A stretch of 44,824 nucleotides of DNA from Ruminococcus sp. (GCA_017616055.1 JAFZYX010000120.1:1-44824); one strand, 5' to 3'; positions 8,016 to 18,767 are shown, numbered from the stretch's first letter. Notes: generated by a model from the sequence alone, not told the origin. Made by a program: numbers and translations.

Positions 8016-10300
8016 TCAGTTATTGTCAGGCTCCTGCGAAATTTCAGGAGATAAGCCGCTTGTATCTGTTGAAGAAGCTGGCGGCATAGTAGCAACCGGT
8101 ACTGTCCAAGGTTCGGTTGCCTGAGTTATCGGCTCTGTGGGTTGAGTCCATGGCTGCTGATATGCAGTTGATGTTTCTGGTTCAGGCTGTTGTTGTGTAG
8201 CTACTGATGTTACAGTAGTTTCGGTAGTTATAGACGTCGTAGATGAAGTAGTAGTTGTTGTTGTAAGTACTGGACGTACTTCATCAGGAAGTTTGGGTTT
8301 TGTGGGACCAACGCCGTTAAGTCCATAGCACTCCTGATAAGCAAGGAGAATATCCCTTATCATATATTTTGAGTATTCACCATGCTCTACAACGCCTGCA
8401 AATGCTATCTCAGGATCGTCTGCTGGAGCAAATCCTATGAAGAAGGAATTTTGATCAAGAATGTTTTCACCGACCTGTGGAGTACCTGTTTTTATGGCAA
8501 CATCGAAACCAAGGTTTGTAAGTGAATACTTTGCAGGCATACTACGTGAAGCGTCAATCATACCGCCTACGATATAGTCATAAACGTCAGGAGTGGTCAG
8601 CTCAATCTGATTAGCGACAACAGGTTCAGTCTTTTTGATAAGTTGACGTGAACCATAGGAATAGTAGCTGTCAACGATATATGGCTGATATCTTACGCCG
8701 CGGTTACCGATAGTGCTTGCGGCTACAGCCATTTGCAGGGGAGTCATACCGCAGTCCTGGTTACCGATACCTGCCTGTATAACGCAGCCGATAACCCATT
8801 CCTGACCATGTTCTTCAAATGTCTCAGGGTTACATAGATAACCCTCTGCATCGCCTGTTTCAATGCCGGTATGAGATCCGAGTCCGTACATTTTTGCGTA
8901 TTTTGTGATATTGTCAATACCGAGCAGACGTGACAACTCATAGAAGTAGCAGTTGCAGGATACTTCGATAGCATGGCGCATAGTGATATTTCCGTGAGTG
9001 CCCGTACAGGAGTAATGTCCCCCATAGAACCAATAGTCATGACCGCAGAAAAGAGGAGTTCCACCTGTTACAATACCTTCGTTAAGACCTGCTGTAGCAG
9101 TGATAGTCTTGAAGGTCGAACCTGGACGGTACAGACCGTAGGTACAGCGGTTTACAAGCGGAGAATCTTCTGCCTGTAAAAAATATTCATAATTTTCAAC
9201 GTAATCCTTGAGGTTATATGTCGGTGCTGTAGCCATGCCCTTAACTGCACCTGTTTTTGCGTCAAGTACACATACGGCTCCGCATTTCCCTTAAGAAGGC
9301 TTGGCATTGGGTTTATTGCTGGAAATGTATAGGTTAGGAAGTTATCGAGGATATCTTGTAATTTCAGCTGGAATGCTCCGTCTACAGTGAGCTTTACGGT
9401 TTCACCTGAGGTAGCTTCAGCTATAGTTTTGACATCTCGTACAACCCCATCCTTTACAGCTATTTGTGCCTCACCATTGAGACCTCTAAGAGGTGTCTCC
9501 ATAGCGGATTCGATGCCGCTTTTTCCTAGGGTATCGTTGTAGCTGTAGCCCTTTGATTTTAGTTCGTCGTATTCCTCAGCATAGATAGGACCTACAGTGC
9601 CTATCTCATGTGGTAGGATATCACCACGGACTATCATTCTTTCGGAAGCATCAACAGCTTCAATACCGCGGTATAAATTGCTGAGTTCCTTGAGCTCAAC
9701 AACAGTTTTCTGATCCACGTTTTTAGCAAGGAGAAGGTCGTTGCTATAAGAGAAGTCCTTGTCTATCATCTGATAGCGCATACCTGCGATGATACGTTTT
9801 TCCTCAGCTGTATACTCGTCAGATATCTCATAATCTGATATAAGTTTATCTATGCAGTTATCTGCAGTAGCATAAATGTTCAGATTAAGGTCGGAAATAA
9901 GTTCGGAAACGTCGCTTTTTTTGAAATAATAAGGCTTCTCAAAGGAAACAGGGATGCTTTCTTCGAATTTATAGCCGTGCTCGTCAAGGGCTTTGTAAAT
10001 TCCCAGAAGCACCTTATTTCCTTCAGCAAAATCGGTAGGGAAGAAAGCCATTTGCAATACAATGTCTGTACGTGCATCATTGGTAACGATAGTGTTGCCG
10101 TTGAAGTCGATTATTTCTCCTCTGGTAGCCTTTATGCCCTTCTTGTAGGTAAGGGTTCCTGGTTCATACTGCAGGGGAGTTTCAATAGTTGCGTCACCCA
10201 TGACCTGTATTTTCATAAGTCTCAGGGAGCTTAGAAGCGAAAGTGAAACGACTAGCAATATTATAATGATAGATTTGAGATTTTCCGCAAATCCTTTCAA
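8016..10300 (-). pseudogene. mrdA: Class B penicillin-binding protein 2 split by a -1 frameshift at about 9290-9284 (pseudogene, assembly error or recoded gene)
   Basis: ORF 10300-9152 has TM plus dimerization domain (ATRGEIID, GKSGIESAME); ORF 9236-8016 has STFK, SCN and KTGT; the conserved GAVCVLDAKTGAVKGMA linker lies in the downstream frame; RBS AGGAGG before TTG; follows mreBCD. Confidence 0.85.
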
Positions 10301-10352
10301 GGGTCTGCCTCCTTTATGATTATGACCGCACCTGCGGTGCGGTCTGAATTTT

Positions 10353-10931
10353 TCATCTTCTGTTTTCAGGCTGAATGTTTGTGTTCATAGCTTCCTCAAT
10401 GGTCAAATGTTCCTTTGGCATGAGCAAACGATTCACGAGATTCAGCACAAGATATATAAAGACAGCTGATATAACAGTGTAGATCCAAACTCTAAGTGAA
10501 ACCTTTACGAATATACGGCTCACATTTTCATAGCCCCACATCTGATAGTAGAACTTGTAGTCCAGTCTGCACTGTATGTATGAAACAACGGTAGTTATTA
10601 TCATAAAGTTGATAAATCGGTTTCTAAGGTAAAGCTCGAAAACGAGATTGGCGGCAATACAGAAAAAAGCAAGTATTACTGCATTGTACCCAAAAAGTTT
10701 ACTGCAGCTTATATCAATAAGAAAGCCGCACATCGCACCAGTCACCGCCGCACCGTATATATTGTTGTTTATGGCAATGCCAATAGCAAGCGGAACAAGG
10801 AGTATCGGTTTATAAAGAGTGCCAGATGTCATTAAGATGAAGCTCAGGAAAATAAGCAGATAATACACGATCCATCGAAGAGTGGTCTTAATACGGAGTA
10901 TATTCTGCTGATGGGTAGTTTTAATCCTCAT
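10353..10931 (-). CDS. mreD: Rod shape-determining protein MreD
   Basis: Polytopic hydrophobic protein with G-x3-G-FLID-x5-LFG motif, between mreC and pbp2. Confidence 0.85.
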   Translation of the reverse strand: MRIKTTHQQNILRIKTTLRWIVYYLLIFLSFILMTSGTLYKPILLVPLAIGIAINNNIYGAAVTGAMCGFLIDISCSKLFGYNAVILAFFCIAANLVFELYLRNRFINFMIITTVVSYIQCRLDYKFYYQMWGYENVSRIFVKVSLRVWIYTVISAVFIYLVLNLVNRLLMPKEHLTIEEAMNTNIQPENRR

Positions 10932-11799
10932 CTTCGGTTGCCTCTTCTTCTTCCTGATTCTTGCCGCTGAAATCTGTAATAACGATAACAGATGTTAAAC
11001 GAGAAACGTCAACGCATGGCTGTATTTCAGCGCATACGGAAAGGCCATTTGAATCGAAACCGGTTTCTATGATTGTGCCGATTGGATAATCCTTGGGAAA
11101 TATACCGCTGGAGCCTGCGGTTATCATAAGATCTCCGCGTTTGAGCTTGTTCTTTTTCGGAACGTGTATGAGTTTGGTATGACCGCTCTCAGATGAAAGC
11201 ACATTGCCCTCAATTATGCCCTGATCAGCATTTGAAGCTGAAGCAACGGCAGCTACAGAAAGATCAGGAGAGAGAATAGTTCTCACCGTGGAAATGTGTT
11301 TCGACACCTCAACTGTTATACCTACAAGTCCTTCAGATGTAACAACGGGGCAGTAGGTGAGAATGCCATCTGCCGAGCCTTTGTCGATAGTAAAAGACTT
11401 GAAGGGGTCGTTTGTAACATAGCCCAATACCTTGCAGGGTTGAGAGAGTTGGTAATCCTCGTGATCCTGTTTAATGGTAACGAATTTTCTCAGTTCTTCC
11501 ACTTCAGCCTTAATAGCGTCGTATTCTGTGAGCTGAGCGTTGAGCTCACCAATCTGTTTTCTGAGCTTTTCGTTTTCTTCGAAATAACTGTCCGCATTTT
11601 TGAGCTTATCCACGGTATGTTCCATTTTCATACTAATACCGTTTGAAGCAGCGCGGAAAGGTTTTGTGAGAGTATTGATAAAGGAAGCTCCAGAAACGGA
11701 ATAGCCGCCTTTAGTAACGGCATAGACCATTATTCCGACGAGAAAGGCGAGAAAAGCAAGCAGGATCTTGAATCTGGTGCTTTTTATGAAATCGCGCAT
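10921..11799 (-). CDS. mreC: Rod shape-determining protein MreC
   Basis: TM, coiled coil (ENEKLRK), IDKGSADGI, GLVG, GIFPKDYPIG. Confidence 0.92.
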   Translation of the reverse strand: MRDFIKSTRFKILLAFLAFLVGIMVYAVTKGGYSVSGASFINTLTKPFRAASNGISMKMEHTVDKLKNADSYFEENEKLRKQIGELNAQLTEYDAIKAEVEELRKFVTIKQDHEDYQLSQPCKVLGYVTNDPFKSFTIDKGSADGILTYCPVVTSEGLVGITVEVSKHISTVRTILSPDLSVAAVASASNADQGIIEGNVLSSESGHTKLIHVPKKNKLKRGDLMITAGSSGIFPKDYPIGTIIETGFDSNGLSVCAEIQPCVDVSRLTSVIVITDFSGKNQEEEEATEDED

Positions 11800-11811
11800 G
11801 GAGCTCCCCCT

Positions 11812-12828
11812 TTAATAATACTTGACGTTTTCTGTGAGAGCGTCCTGATAATCGTTGATATTCTCAAGTATCTTGCCTGTTCCCTCTGCAACGCAGTCAA
11901 GGGGAAATTCTGCAATATAAACAGGCATACCAGTTTCGCGGTTTATAAGCTTGTCCAGTCCGCGAAGCAATGCTCCACCGCCTGCAAGCGTGATACCATG
12001 GTCTATGATATCAGCAGAAAGCTCAGGTGGAGTTTCTTCAAGAGTAGACTTTATGGCGTCAATAACTCTAGAAAGTGGTTCAACAAGAGCGTCACGTATT
12101 TCTGCAGAAGTGACTGTAACGTTCTCGGGAAGTCCGTTGAGAAGATTTCTTCCTTTTATTTCCTGTGATTCTTCCTTTTCGCTCGGGAAAGCTGAGCCAA
12201 TATCAAGTTTGATATTTTCGGCAGTTCTCTCACCGATAAGAAGATTATATTTTTTCTTGATATAGTTTATAATAGCGGCATCAAATTCGTCGCCTGCACA
12301 TCTTACTGAACGTGAAGCAACTATGCCTCCCATTGATATAACAGCAACTTCGCTAGTACCGCCGCCGATATCAACTATCATGCTGCCAGCTGCTTCATTA
12401 GTAGGGAGACCTGCGCCGATAGCAGCAGCCATAGGTTCTTCAATTATAAGGACGTTGTTTGCACCTGCCTTTTTGCAGGATTCGCGGACTGCACGTCTTT
12501 CAACTGCAGTAACGCCCGATGGAATACAGATTATAACGTTTGCCTTTGTGAAAAAGGTACCCTTCAGAGCTTTTTTTATAAATTCCTGAAGCATGGTGGT
12601 TGCAATGTCGAAATCGGCGATTACGCCATCCTTAAGAGGTCTCACAGCGACTATCGAGCCTGGAGTACGTCCGATGACGTCCTTTGCCTCCTTACCGACA
12701 TAGCGGCATTTGTCCGTTCTGGTATTTACGGCAACGACTGAGGGCTCTCTTATTATTATACCCTTTCCTCTCATATATACGAGAGTATTAGCAGTGCCGA
12801 GGTCAATGCCAATATCTTTTGTAAACAT
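11812..12828 (-). CDS. mreB: Rod shape-determining protein MreB
   Basis: [44 protein letters not shown]; RBS AAGGAG before ATG 12828. Confidence 0.97.
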   Translation of the reverse strand: MFTKDIGIDLGTANTLVYMRGKGIIIREPSVVAVNTRTDKCRYVGKEAKDVIGRTPGSIVAVRPLKDGVIADFDIATTMLQEFIKKALKGTFFTKANVIICIPSGVTAVERRAVRESCKKAGANNVLIIEEPMAAAIGAGLPTNEAAGSMIVDIGGGTSEVAVISMGGIVASRSVRCAGDEFDAAIINYIKKKYNLLIGERTAENIKLDIGSAFPSEKEESQEIKGRNLLNGLPENVTVTSAEIRDALVEPLSRVIDAIKSTLEETPPELSADIIDHGITLAGGGALLRGLDKLINRETGMPVYIAEFPLDCVAEGTGKILENINDYQDALTENVKYY

Positions 12829-12873
12829 TTTGCAGCTCCTTAAATGCAATGATTCTTTATATACACATATTAT

Positions 12874-12902
12874 ATTATATCACCAACGGGAAATATGTAC
12901 AA
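12874..12902 (-). promoter_or_regulatory. sigma-A promoter for mreBCD-pbp2
   Basis: Minus strand TTGTAC, 17 bp, TG-n-TATAAT. Confidence 0.65.
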
Positions 12903-13006
12903 GATTTTTCTCCGAGAAATTCCCATGTATGCAAATTTTGGTACAATACGGAAACTAACGAACCCGAAGGCGGTAAAAAACTGTCGAAAAGGACGATAAT
13001 TAGCGA

Positions 13007-13267
13007 TTATTTATCAGGAACTACTTTGGGGGCTGTCTTGATATATGCATAAATAGCAATTATTATGCAGATTATCTGTGCAACATTTATATTGAAAGTA
13101 AAGCCGAATGTTATACTGAAGAGTTCCATTGAAAAGGTGCTGGGAGAGAGGCTTATTCCTCTAGAATAGCCTAGCCATGCGAATGATCCTGATGAAACAT
13201 TTCCGATAACTCCTCCGAGAATGCAGGCACATACAAAAAGAAGCAGAAAATAGAGTGTCTTTTTCAT
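13007..13267 (-). CDS. Small membrane protein, DUF4321-like
   Basis: Two hydrophobic segments, ILGGVIG...ITFGFTFNINVA pattern, position upstream of mreB; RBS GGAG. Confidence 0.7.
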   Translation of the reverse strand: MKKTLYFLLLFVCACILGGVIGNVSSGSFAWLGYSRGISLSPSTFSMELFSITFGFTFNINVAQIICIIIAIYAYIKTAPKVVPDK

Positions 13268-13300
13268 AAATAATATCTCCAATCTTTTGTTTTATATGAT

Positions 13301-13741
13301 TTATTTAATTCCCGATGAACCGAATCCGCCGTTACCTCGCTCTGTTTCAGAGAGCTCATCGCTTATCTCGATTTCGGGCATTAATATACGTGTTGGAATC
13401 ATCTGAGCTACGCGCATTCCGTGTTCAACGGTAAAGGGCTCTTTTCCGTGATTTATAAGGGGAACGAACCATGCGCCGCGATAATCGCTGTCCACCACTC
13501 CAACGCAGTTTGCAAGTGAGACTCCATACTTAGCGGAAAGTCCGGAGCGTGGGTATATTAGAAGGGCAATATCGTCTGAATCAGGCTCTGCCGTGATACC
13601 TATTGGAATCATTTTTATCTCACCTGGAGCGAGTACCACAGGGGCTTCAAGGCATGCACATAGGTCAAGGCCTGCGCTTCCGGGAGTAGCACGTGAAGGG
13701 ATAACAGCACGTGGATCAAGTTTTTTGAAGATGAGTTTCAT
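13301..13741 (-). CDS. dut: dUTP diphosphatase
   Basis: SAGLDL, PRSGL, GVVDSDYRG, RVAQ, RGNGGFGSSG motifs. Confidence 0.96.
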   Translation of the reverse strand: MKLIFKKLDPRAVIPSRATPGSAGLDLCACLEAPVVLAPGEIKMIPIGITAEPDSDDIALLIYPRSGLSAKYGVSLANCVGVVDSDYRGAWFVPLINHGKEPFTVEHGMRVAQMIPTRILMPEIEISDELSETERGNGGFGSSGIK

Positions 13742-15777
13742 GTTGATATACCTCTGTAGTAAAGTCCGCGGGTAATGTTTCCCTGCGGCTTGTGTCCGCT
13801 GAGAATAGCGCGTGTGCTGTCGGAGTCTTCGTCTGAAAGGTAGATGATGCCGTATGTTATACCGTGTATTTCGTCAAGCCTGTCAAGCATACAAAGTCTG
13901 TCAGCATTGAGTATCTCCACATAGTCCTTCGAGCATACGACGGGGAGTTCTCTGCCTGTGCGATCAATCAGCTTTTTTGTGCATTTGTCGCAGCCGATTT
14001 CGTTCCTGATAGGGCAGTTCCTTGTGAGCATGAGAGGAAGCTTGCCATATATGACAGCTCCAAGCGGAAGCTCAGTGCATACTTTGGCTAACTGAGTGAG
14101 AGTTGCCTCCACAGAGAAAACACAGTCTTCAACGCCAAGATTACGCAGGTATTCTGCGCTGTATGAGTTGAAAACGTTGAGAGTAAAACTTCCGTGCAGC
14201 TTAAACCTAAGTTTCCTGCCGATAGCTATACAGTCCGCGGTATGGCAGTATAACCTGTTAAAGCCTTTAGCTTTAAGCTCTTCGAGCTTATTCGCAAGAG
14301 CATCCTCATTGACTATGAAGCGCGGTGGTGAAATAATAATTCTATTTATATCCACGCTGCCGAGTATATCATCACCGAGCAGTTCAATAGGAACAATAAT
14401 GTGTTCCGACAGATCTGCGGCAGCGATTGCCTGTTCGATAGTACGGCAGAATGTACGTAGTTTCAAACCTACGCCAGTATTGCTGCTACGTGGGCATTCA
14501 ATATGCGGAACGTAGTCAGTTATGGTATATTTATGTGTGTTTTCGGCAATAATTGCAGTTGTCAGTTTTTCTGTTATCTCACGGCGAAGCTCATTGATCT
14601 TTCCCGCGGGGACTATAAGTCCATCATCGATATCTGCAGTAAGCTTTCCAAAATTGAATACAGTGTCTCCAAGTTTTGATAGCTGCTTCTCAAGAACTGC
14701 TCTATCTGTGGGACGATTCAAAGCCTTTTCGGGTACTTCTCCCATTGCAGAAACAGTTATACCATTGCATTCTGCAGTTATAACTGTAGGCTGTCCCTCT
14801 TTTATGACCGTTTGAAAATCGATCATATAAGCTTTCCGTTCAAAACGGTAAAGCTCATGTATCATAGGTATAAGCTCTTGGGCAGATATGACATCGTCCT
14901 TTTCACGGACTCCGAACATGTCTTGCCTTTTCCCTGTAAAATATCCGTCTGTGAAGCCGCTTCGTGAGAACACTCCGCGCAGTAGCTTCATATCGGGGGG
15001 ATTGCCTTCAAGGGAGGCTTTCAGCTCATGTACAGAGGAAGCCACATATTCGGGGCGTTTCATGCGTCCCTCTATCTTGAAAGAATCAACTCCCATATCC
15101 ACAAGCTCGCGGGCGTTTGGTAGAAGTGACAGATCTTTCAGTGAAAGTGCAGCTTTGTTCTTATTGCCGATGGCAGAGAACGGAAGCCGACAGGCTTGGC
15201 CGCAGCAACCGCGGTTAGCAGAACGCGAGCCTATCATTGCCGACATGTAACACTGTCCCGAGACTGACATACACAGTGCACCGTGTACGAATATCTCGGT
15301 TTCGATACCAACTTTGCATATACGGGAAATAGTTTTCCTGTCAAGTTCGCGTGCAGGTACTATTCTTGTATATCCGAGACTGCGAAGCAGAGAAGCGCCT
15401 TCGGCTGTATGAACTGACATCTGCGTAGAGCCGTGAAGTACGGCATCAGGTACACAGCGTCGAATAAGTTCGGCACAGCCCCAGTCCTGAACTATGAAAG
15501 CGTCAACACCATTCTGTGCAGTAGCTTTTATGTACTCGCAGAAATCGGCTGCTTCATCGTCAGATATCACTGTATTTACTGCAAGATAAAGCTTTGCACC
15601 ATATCTATGACTTAGGGTGGCTGCTTCATATATCTCGCTGAGTGAGAAATTTGCAGCGCTGTTCCGTGCAGAATAGCGCTTTCCTCCTATGTACACAGCA
15701 TGTGCGCCTGACCTGAGAGCCGCACGAAGTGTTTCCATGCTGCCTGCGGGAGCAAGTATCTCGGCTTTATTCATCAA
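13738..15777 (-). CDS. U32-family protein with long C-terminal extension (RlhA-like rRNA hydroxylase)
   Basis: EILAPAG, HGSTQ, REL, HGALC-x-S-x-SGQC, SANRG-x-C-x-Q-x-CR, KIEGRMK; 679 aa. Confidence 0.88.
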   Translation of the reverse strand: MMNKAEILAPAGSMETLRAALRSGAHAVYIGGKRYSARNSAANFSLSEIYEAATLSHRYGAKLYLAVNTVISDDEAADFCEYIKATAQNGVDAFIVQDWGCAELIRRCVPDAVLHGSTQMSVHTAEGASLLRSLGYTRIVPARELDRKTISRICKVGIETEIFVHGALCMSVSGQCYMSAMIGSRSANRGCCGQACRLPFSAIGNKNKAALSLKDLSLLPNARELVDMGVDSFKIEGRMKRPEYVASSVHELKASLEGNPPDMKLLRGVFSRSGFTDGYFTGKRQDMFGVREKDDVISAQELIPMIHELYRFERKAYMIDFQTVIKEGQPTVITAECNGITVSAMGEVPEKALNRPTDRAVLEKQLSKLGDTVFNFGKLTADIDDGLIVPAGKINELRREITEKLTTAIIAENTHKYTITDYVPHIECPRSSNTGVGLKLRTFCRTIEQAIAAADLSEHIIVPIELLGDDILGSVDINRIIISPPRFIVNEDALANKLEELKAKGFNRLYCHTADCIAIGRKLRFKLHGSFTLNVFNSYSAEYLRNLGVEDCVFSVEATLTQLAKVCTELPLGAVIYGKLPLMLTRNCPIRNEIGCDKCTKKLIDRTGRELPVVCSKDYVEILNADRLCMLDRLDEIHGITYGIIYLSDEDSDSTRAILSGHKPQGNITRGLYYRGIST

Positions 15778-16136
15778 ATGCTGTCACTGAGCTGCTTTAG
15801 CTTGACCATATTTTCAAGCTGTGTTATCTTGGACTTGAGCACTTCAATCTCTTTCTGAGCAGCATCACGCTCGATACGTGTTCTGCCAGCCTCGTCCACG
15901 TACTCCTTAGTCTGATCGCGGATATTGTCAAGGCGCTGATTAGCCTTGTTGAGGTCGTCGAGGAGAGCCATTGCGACCATTATTGAAGCAGCATAAGGTG
16001 AAGAACCGCTTGCTGCAGTAATTTCGTTGATCTTTGTCTCAAGGGCTCTTGCGAGTGCATAAACGTAGTTCGGAGCTTCGGCAGTTTTTATCTTATACTC
16101 CTTACCACATATTATGACCTTAACTTCATTAAGCAT
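15774..16136 (-). CDS. zapA: Cell division protein ZapA
   Basis: VKVIICGKEYKI N-terminal beta hairpin followed by helices and coiled coil; RBS AAGGA. Confidence 0.85.
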   Translation of the reverse strand: MLNEVKVIICGKEYKIKTAEAPNYVYALARALETKINEITAASGSSPYAASIMVAMALLDDLNKANQRLDNIRDQTKEYVDEAGRTRIERDAAQKEIEVLKSKITQLENMVKLKQLSDSI

Positions 16137-16287
16137 TTATATCGTCCTTTCCATGGCGTATTATTAACCACTCTACATTATACACTATTTCTCTCAAAAA
16201 GGGAAGTGTTTTTTGAAAAAAATTAATTTTTAGTGATTAGTTGTCAGTAATTGATTATTAGTATAGGAGGGCATTCAGAGTATGCGA

Positions 16288-16593
16288 TTATTGTTTTGAC
16301 CAGTATTTGATATTGCTGCAGGCGCGTTCTATATCGTCCATATCATCGTTGCCTAGAGTTCGGTCGAAAGCCTCGGTTAGTTTGCAGCGTATATAGGCAA
16401 GTCGTTCGCATACTTTAAAAGTGTCGATAAAATCGGTGGTTTCTTTTTCGTATTCCTGCCTTTTCTTATCAATGTCTTCAGCGTAAAATCTGCCAATATC
16501 ACGAAGCGATATGAGAAAAAAATCAATCTCTTTCAGGATATTCAGTATATCCTCGCCTTTATATGAAAGTGTTTCATTTTCTGGCCTCAGCAT
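16288..16593 (-). CDS. Hypothetical soluble protein
   Basis: 101 aa ORF with RBS GAGGTG, co-oriented between lexA and zapA; no recognised motif. Confidence 0.7.
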   Translation of the reverse strand: MLRPENETLSYKGEDILNILKEIDFFLISLRDIGRFYAEDIDKKRQEYEKETTDFIDTFKVCERLAYIRCKLTEAFDRTLGNDDMDDIERACSNIKYWSKQ

Positions 16594-16641
16594 TATTTTC
16601 TCACCTCATATCTTTCAACTGCTGAGCAGCTTTTTTACTGA

Positions 16642-17223
16642 TCAGTAATACCTTTTCAAGCCTATGACTTTGCCGAGAATTTCAACTTCATTTACAATTA
16701 TTGGTTCCATAGTATCATTTTCAGGTTGCAAACGGTAATGACCGCGTTCTTTGTAGAAGGTCTTTACTGTAGCGTCTTCATGACCGATGAATGCAACGAC
16801 GATATCCCCGTTTTCAGCATAACTCACGCGTTTTACGATTACAATATCACCATCGAGTATGCCAGCATTTATCATACTCTCACCGCGTATTTTTAGGGCA
16901 AACAACTCCTGCGGATTGACTCCGGGAGCTTCAAAGCCTACATATCCGGTGATATCCTGAATTGCAGTGATAGGCTGTCCGGCGGTGATGGTACCCATAA
17001 TGGGAACAGAAGTTGTTCCACTGTTTGGAAGGCGGAGAGTACGGTTAAGATTACCTGTTTTCTCGATAAATCCCTCACGGACAAGAGTCTCAATATATCT
17101 GTGTGCTGTGGATGTAGACTTGAATCCCATAGCGTCCATTATCTCTCTAACAGATGGTGATAATCCGTCGCTAAGACGTGACTTAATATAGTTGAAAACA
17201 GCTATTTCTTTGTCTTTCAGCAT
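16642..17223 (-). CDS. lexA: SOS repressor LexA
   Basis: PSVREI..STSTAH HTH, Ala-Gly cleavage site (ITAGQP), catalytic Ser (GESM) and Lys (TVKT); RBS AAGGAG. Confidence 0.95.
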   Translation of the reverse strand: MLKDKEIAVFNYIKSRLSDGLSPSVREIMDAMGFKSTSTAHRYIETLVREGFIEKTGNLNRTLRLPNSGTTSVPIMGTITAGQPITAIQDITGYVGFEAPGVNPQELFALKIRGESMINAGILDGDIVIVKRVSYAENGDIVVAFIGHEDATVKTFYKERGHYRLQPENDTMEPIIVNEVEILGKVIGLKRYY

Positions 17224-17227
17224 ATTT

Positions 17228-18652
17228 TTACTCCTTTGCAAGCTTTTCCAGTATCATTTTTGCTATCTTGTAGGCATCACCACAGCCGAGAGTTATAACA
17301 AGGTCACCTGATTGAGCGTGTTCGCATACATAGTCGCATATCTGTTCAAAGTTGGCATATTTTCTTTCGTCTGTCCACTCTGCGTTTTCGTCCTGTGGGA
17401 ACCAAATGCAATCAGGTATCTTTTCGGCAAGGTGACGAGTGAAGATGCCGTAGGTGTTCTTCTCTCGGCTTCCCATAATGTCGGTGAGTACGGCATGGTC
17501 TGGTATTTGAAGCACTCTTGCAAAGTCATCAAGAAGCAGCTTTGTGCGTGAGAAAGTGAATGGTTGGAAAACCGCCCATACGTGACTGAAGTTCATCTCC
17601 ATAGCCGCATTAAGTGTAGCTTCAAGTTCTGTCGGGTGATGAGCGTAGTCGTCCACAACGGTTATTCCCTTTTCGTATCCAAGTTTCTCAAAACGGCGTT
17701 TAGCTCCGCGGAAGTCCTCAAGTCCCTGTTGTATGAAACTGAAATCAACTCCAACATAGCGCGAAGCAGCTACAGCAGCAAGAGAATTCAATACATTGTG
17801 TATTCCAGCAACGTGGAGAGTTATAGTACCAAGTTTTTCACCCTTGTACATTGCATCATATGTGGTTAGAAGTCCGTTTTCATGTTTTACATTCTCTGGA
17901 TAATAATCGCATGAGTTGTCCTTGCCGAAAGTTATTACTTCTTTGCCAGTGATTCCTTCCAGTGATTTCATTGAATTTTCGTCAGAACCATTGACAATTA
18001 TACATTTTGATGTGTTTTCGTTGAATTTATGGAATGACTTTATGATGTTTTCGAGAGTACCGAAGTAGTCAAGGTGATCGGCGTCTATATTCAATATAAC
18101 AGATATATCAGGGAAGAATTTAAGAAAATGATCTTCAAATTCGCATGATTCGCAGACCATTATATCACTTTTTCCGGCAACTCCGCTTCCGCCTATACAG
18201 GGAAGCTTGCCACCAATATACGCGGAAAGGTCAACACCTGCGGTAAATAGTATCTGAGTTATCATTGAGGTAGTGGAAGTCTTGCCATGAGTTCCGGAAA
18301 CGCAGATAGCGTTGTCATACCAGCTCGTTACGATACCAAGGAGATCGGCACGTTCAAGTACAGGAACTCCACTAGCTTTTGCAGCCATGAGCTCAGGATT
18401 GTCAGCCATAATAGCGGCTGTGTGGACTATAAGATCGGCTCCCTCAATATTCTCGGCTCTTTGACCGATGAAAACAGGTATGCCCATTTTTCTTACAGCA
18501 TCGAGAGTCTCGGTCTCGTTATTGTCCGAACCTGTGAGAAAATAGCCCTGTGAGTGGAGTATCTGTGCCAACGGGTACATTCCAGATCCTCCGATTCCAA
18601 TGAAATGAATGTGTTTTTTGCCTTTTAAGATGTTGATATCCAAAATAATCAC
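17228..18652 (-). CDS. murC: UDP-N-acetylmuramate--L-alanine ligase
   Basis: HFIGIGGSGM, GTHGKTSTT, NIDADHLDY, RRFE, DDYAHHPTE. Confidence 0.96.
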   Translation of the reverse strand: MIILDINILKGKKHIHFIGIGGSGMYPLAQILHSQGYFLTGSDNNETETLDAVRKMGIPVFIGQRAENIEGADLIVHTAAIMADNPELMAAKASGVPVLERADLLGIVTSWYDNAICVSGTHGKTSTTSMITQILFTAGVDLSAYIGGKLPCIGGSGVAGKSDIMVCESCEFEDHFLKFFPDISVILNIDADHLDYFGTLENIIKSFHKFNENTSKCIIVNGSDENSMKSLEGITGKEVITFGKDNSCDYYPENVKHENGLLTTYDAMYKGEKLGTITLHVAGIHNVLNSLAAVAASRYVGVDFSFIQQGLEDFRGAKRRFEKLGYEKGITVVDDYAHHPTELEATLNAAMEMNFSHVWAVFQPFTFSRTKLLLDDFARVLQIPDHAVLTDIMGSREKNTYGIFTRHLAEKIPDCIWFPQDENAEWTDERKYANFEQICDYVCEHAQSGDLVITLGCGDAYKIAKMILEKLAKE

Positions 18653-18767
18653 CTTTCTTGAATAATGATAATAACGGAACAGGCCCGAATAATGCTCTTT
18701 GAGAAGCTTAGGACATTAACCGTAAATAATAGTTATATTATTTTATCGTACTTTTCGTATAAAATGC

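Noticed and set aside
8016-9236. Independent transpeptidase gene starting at ATG 9236
   Set aside because: The Met lies within the conserved DAKTGAVKGMA motif, with no convincing RBS and no export signal; it is the second half of pbp2
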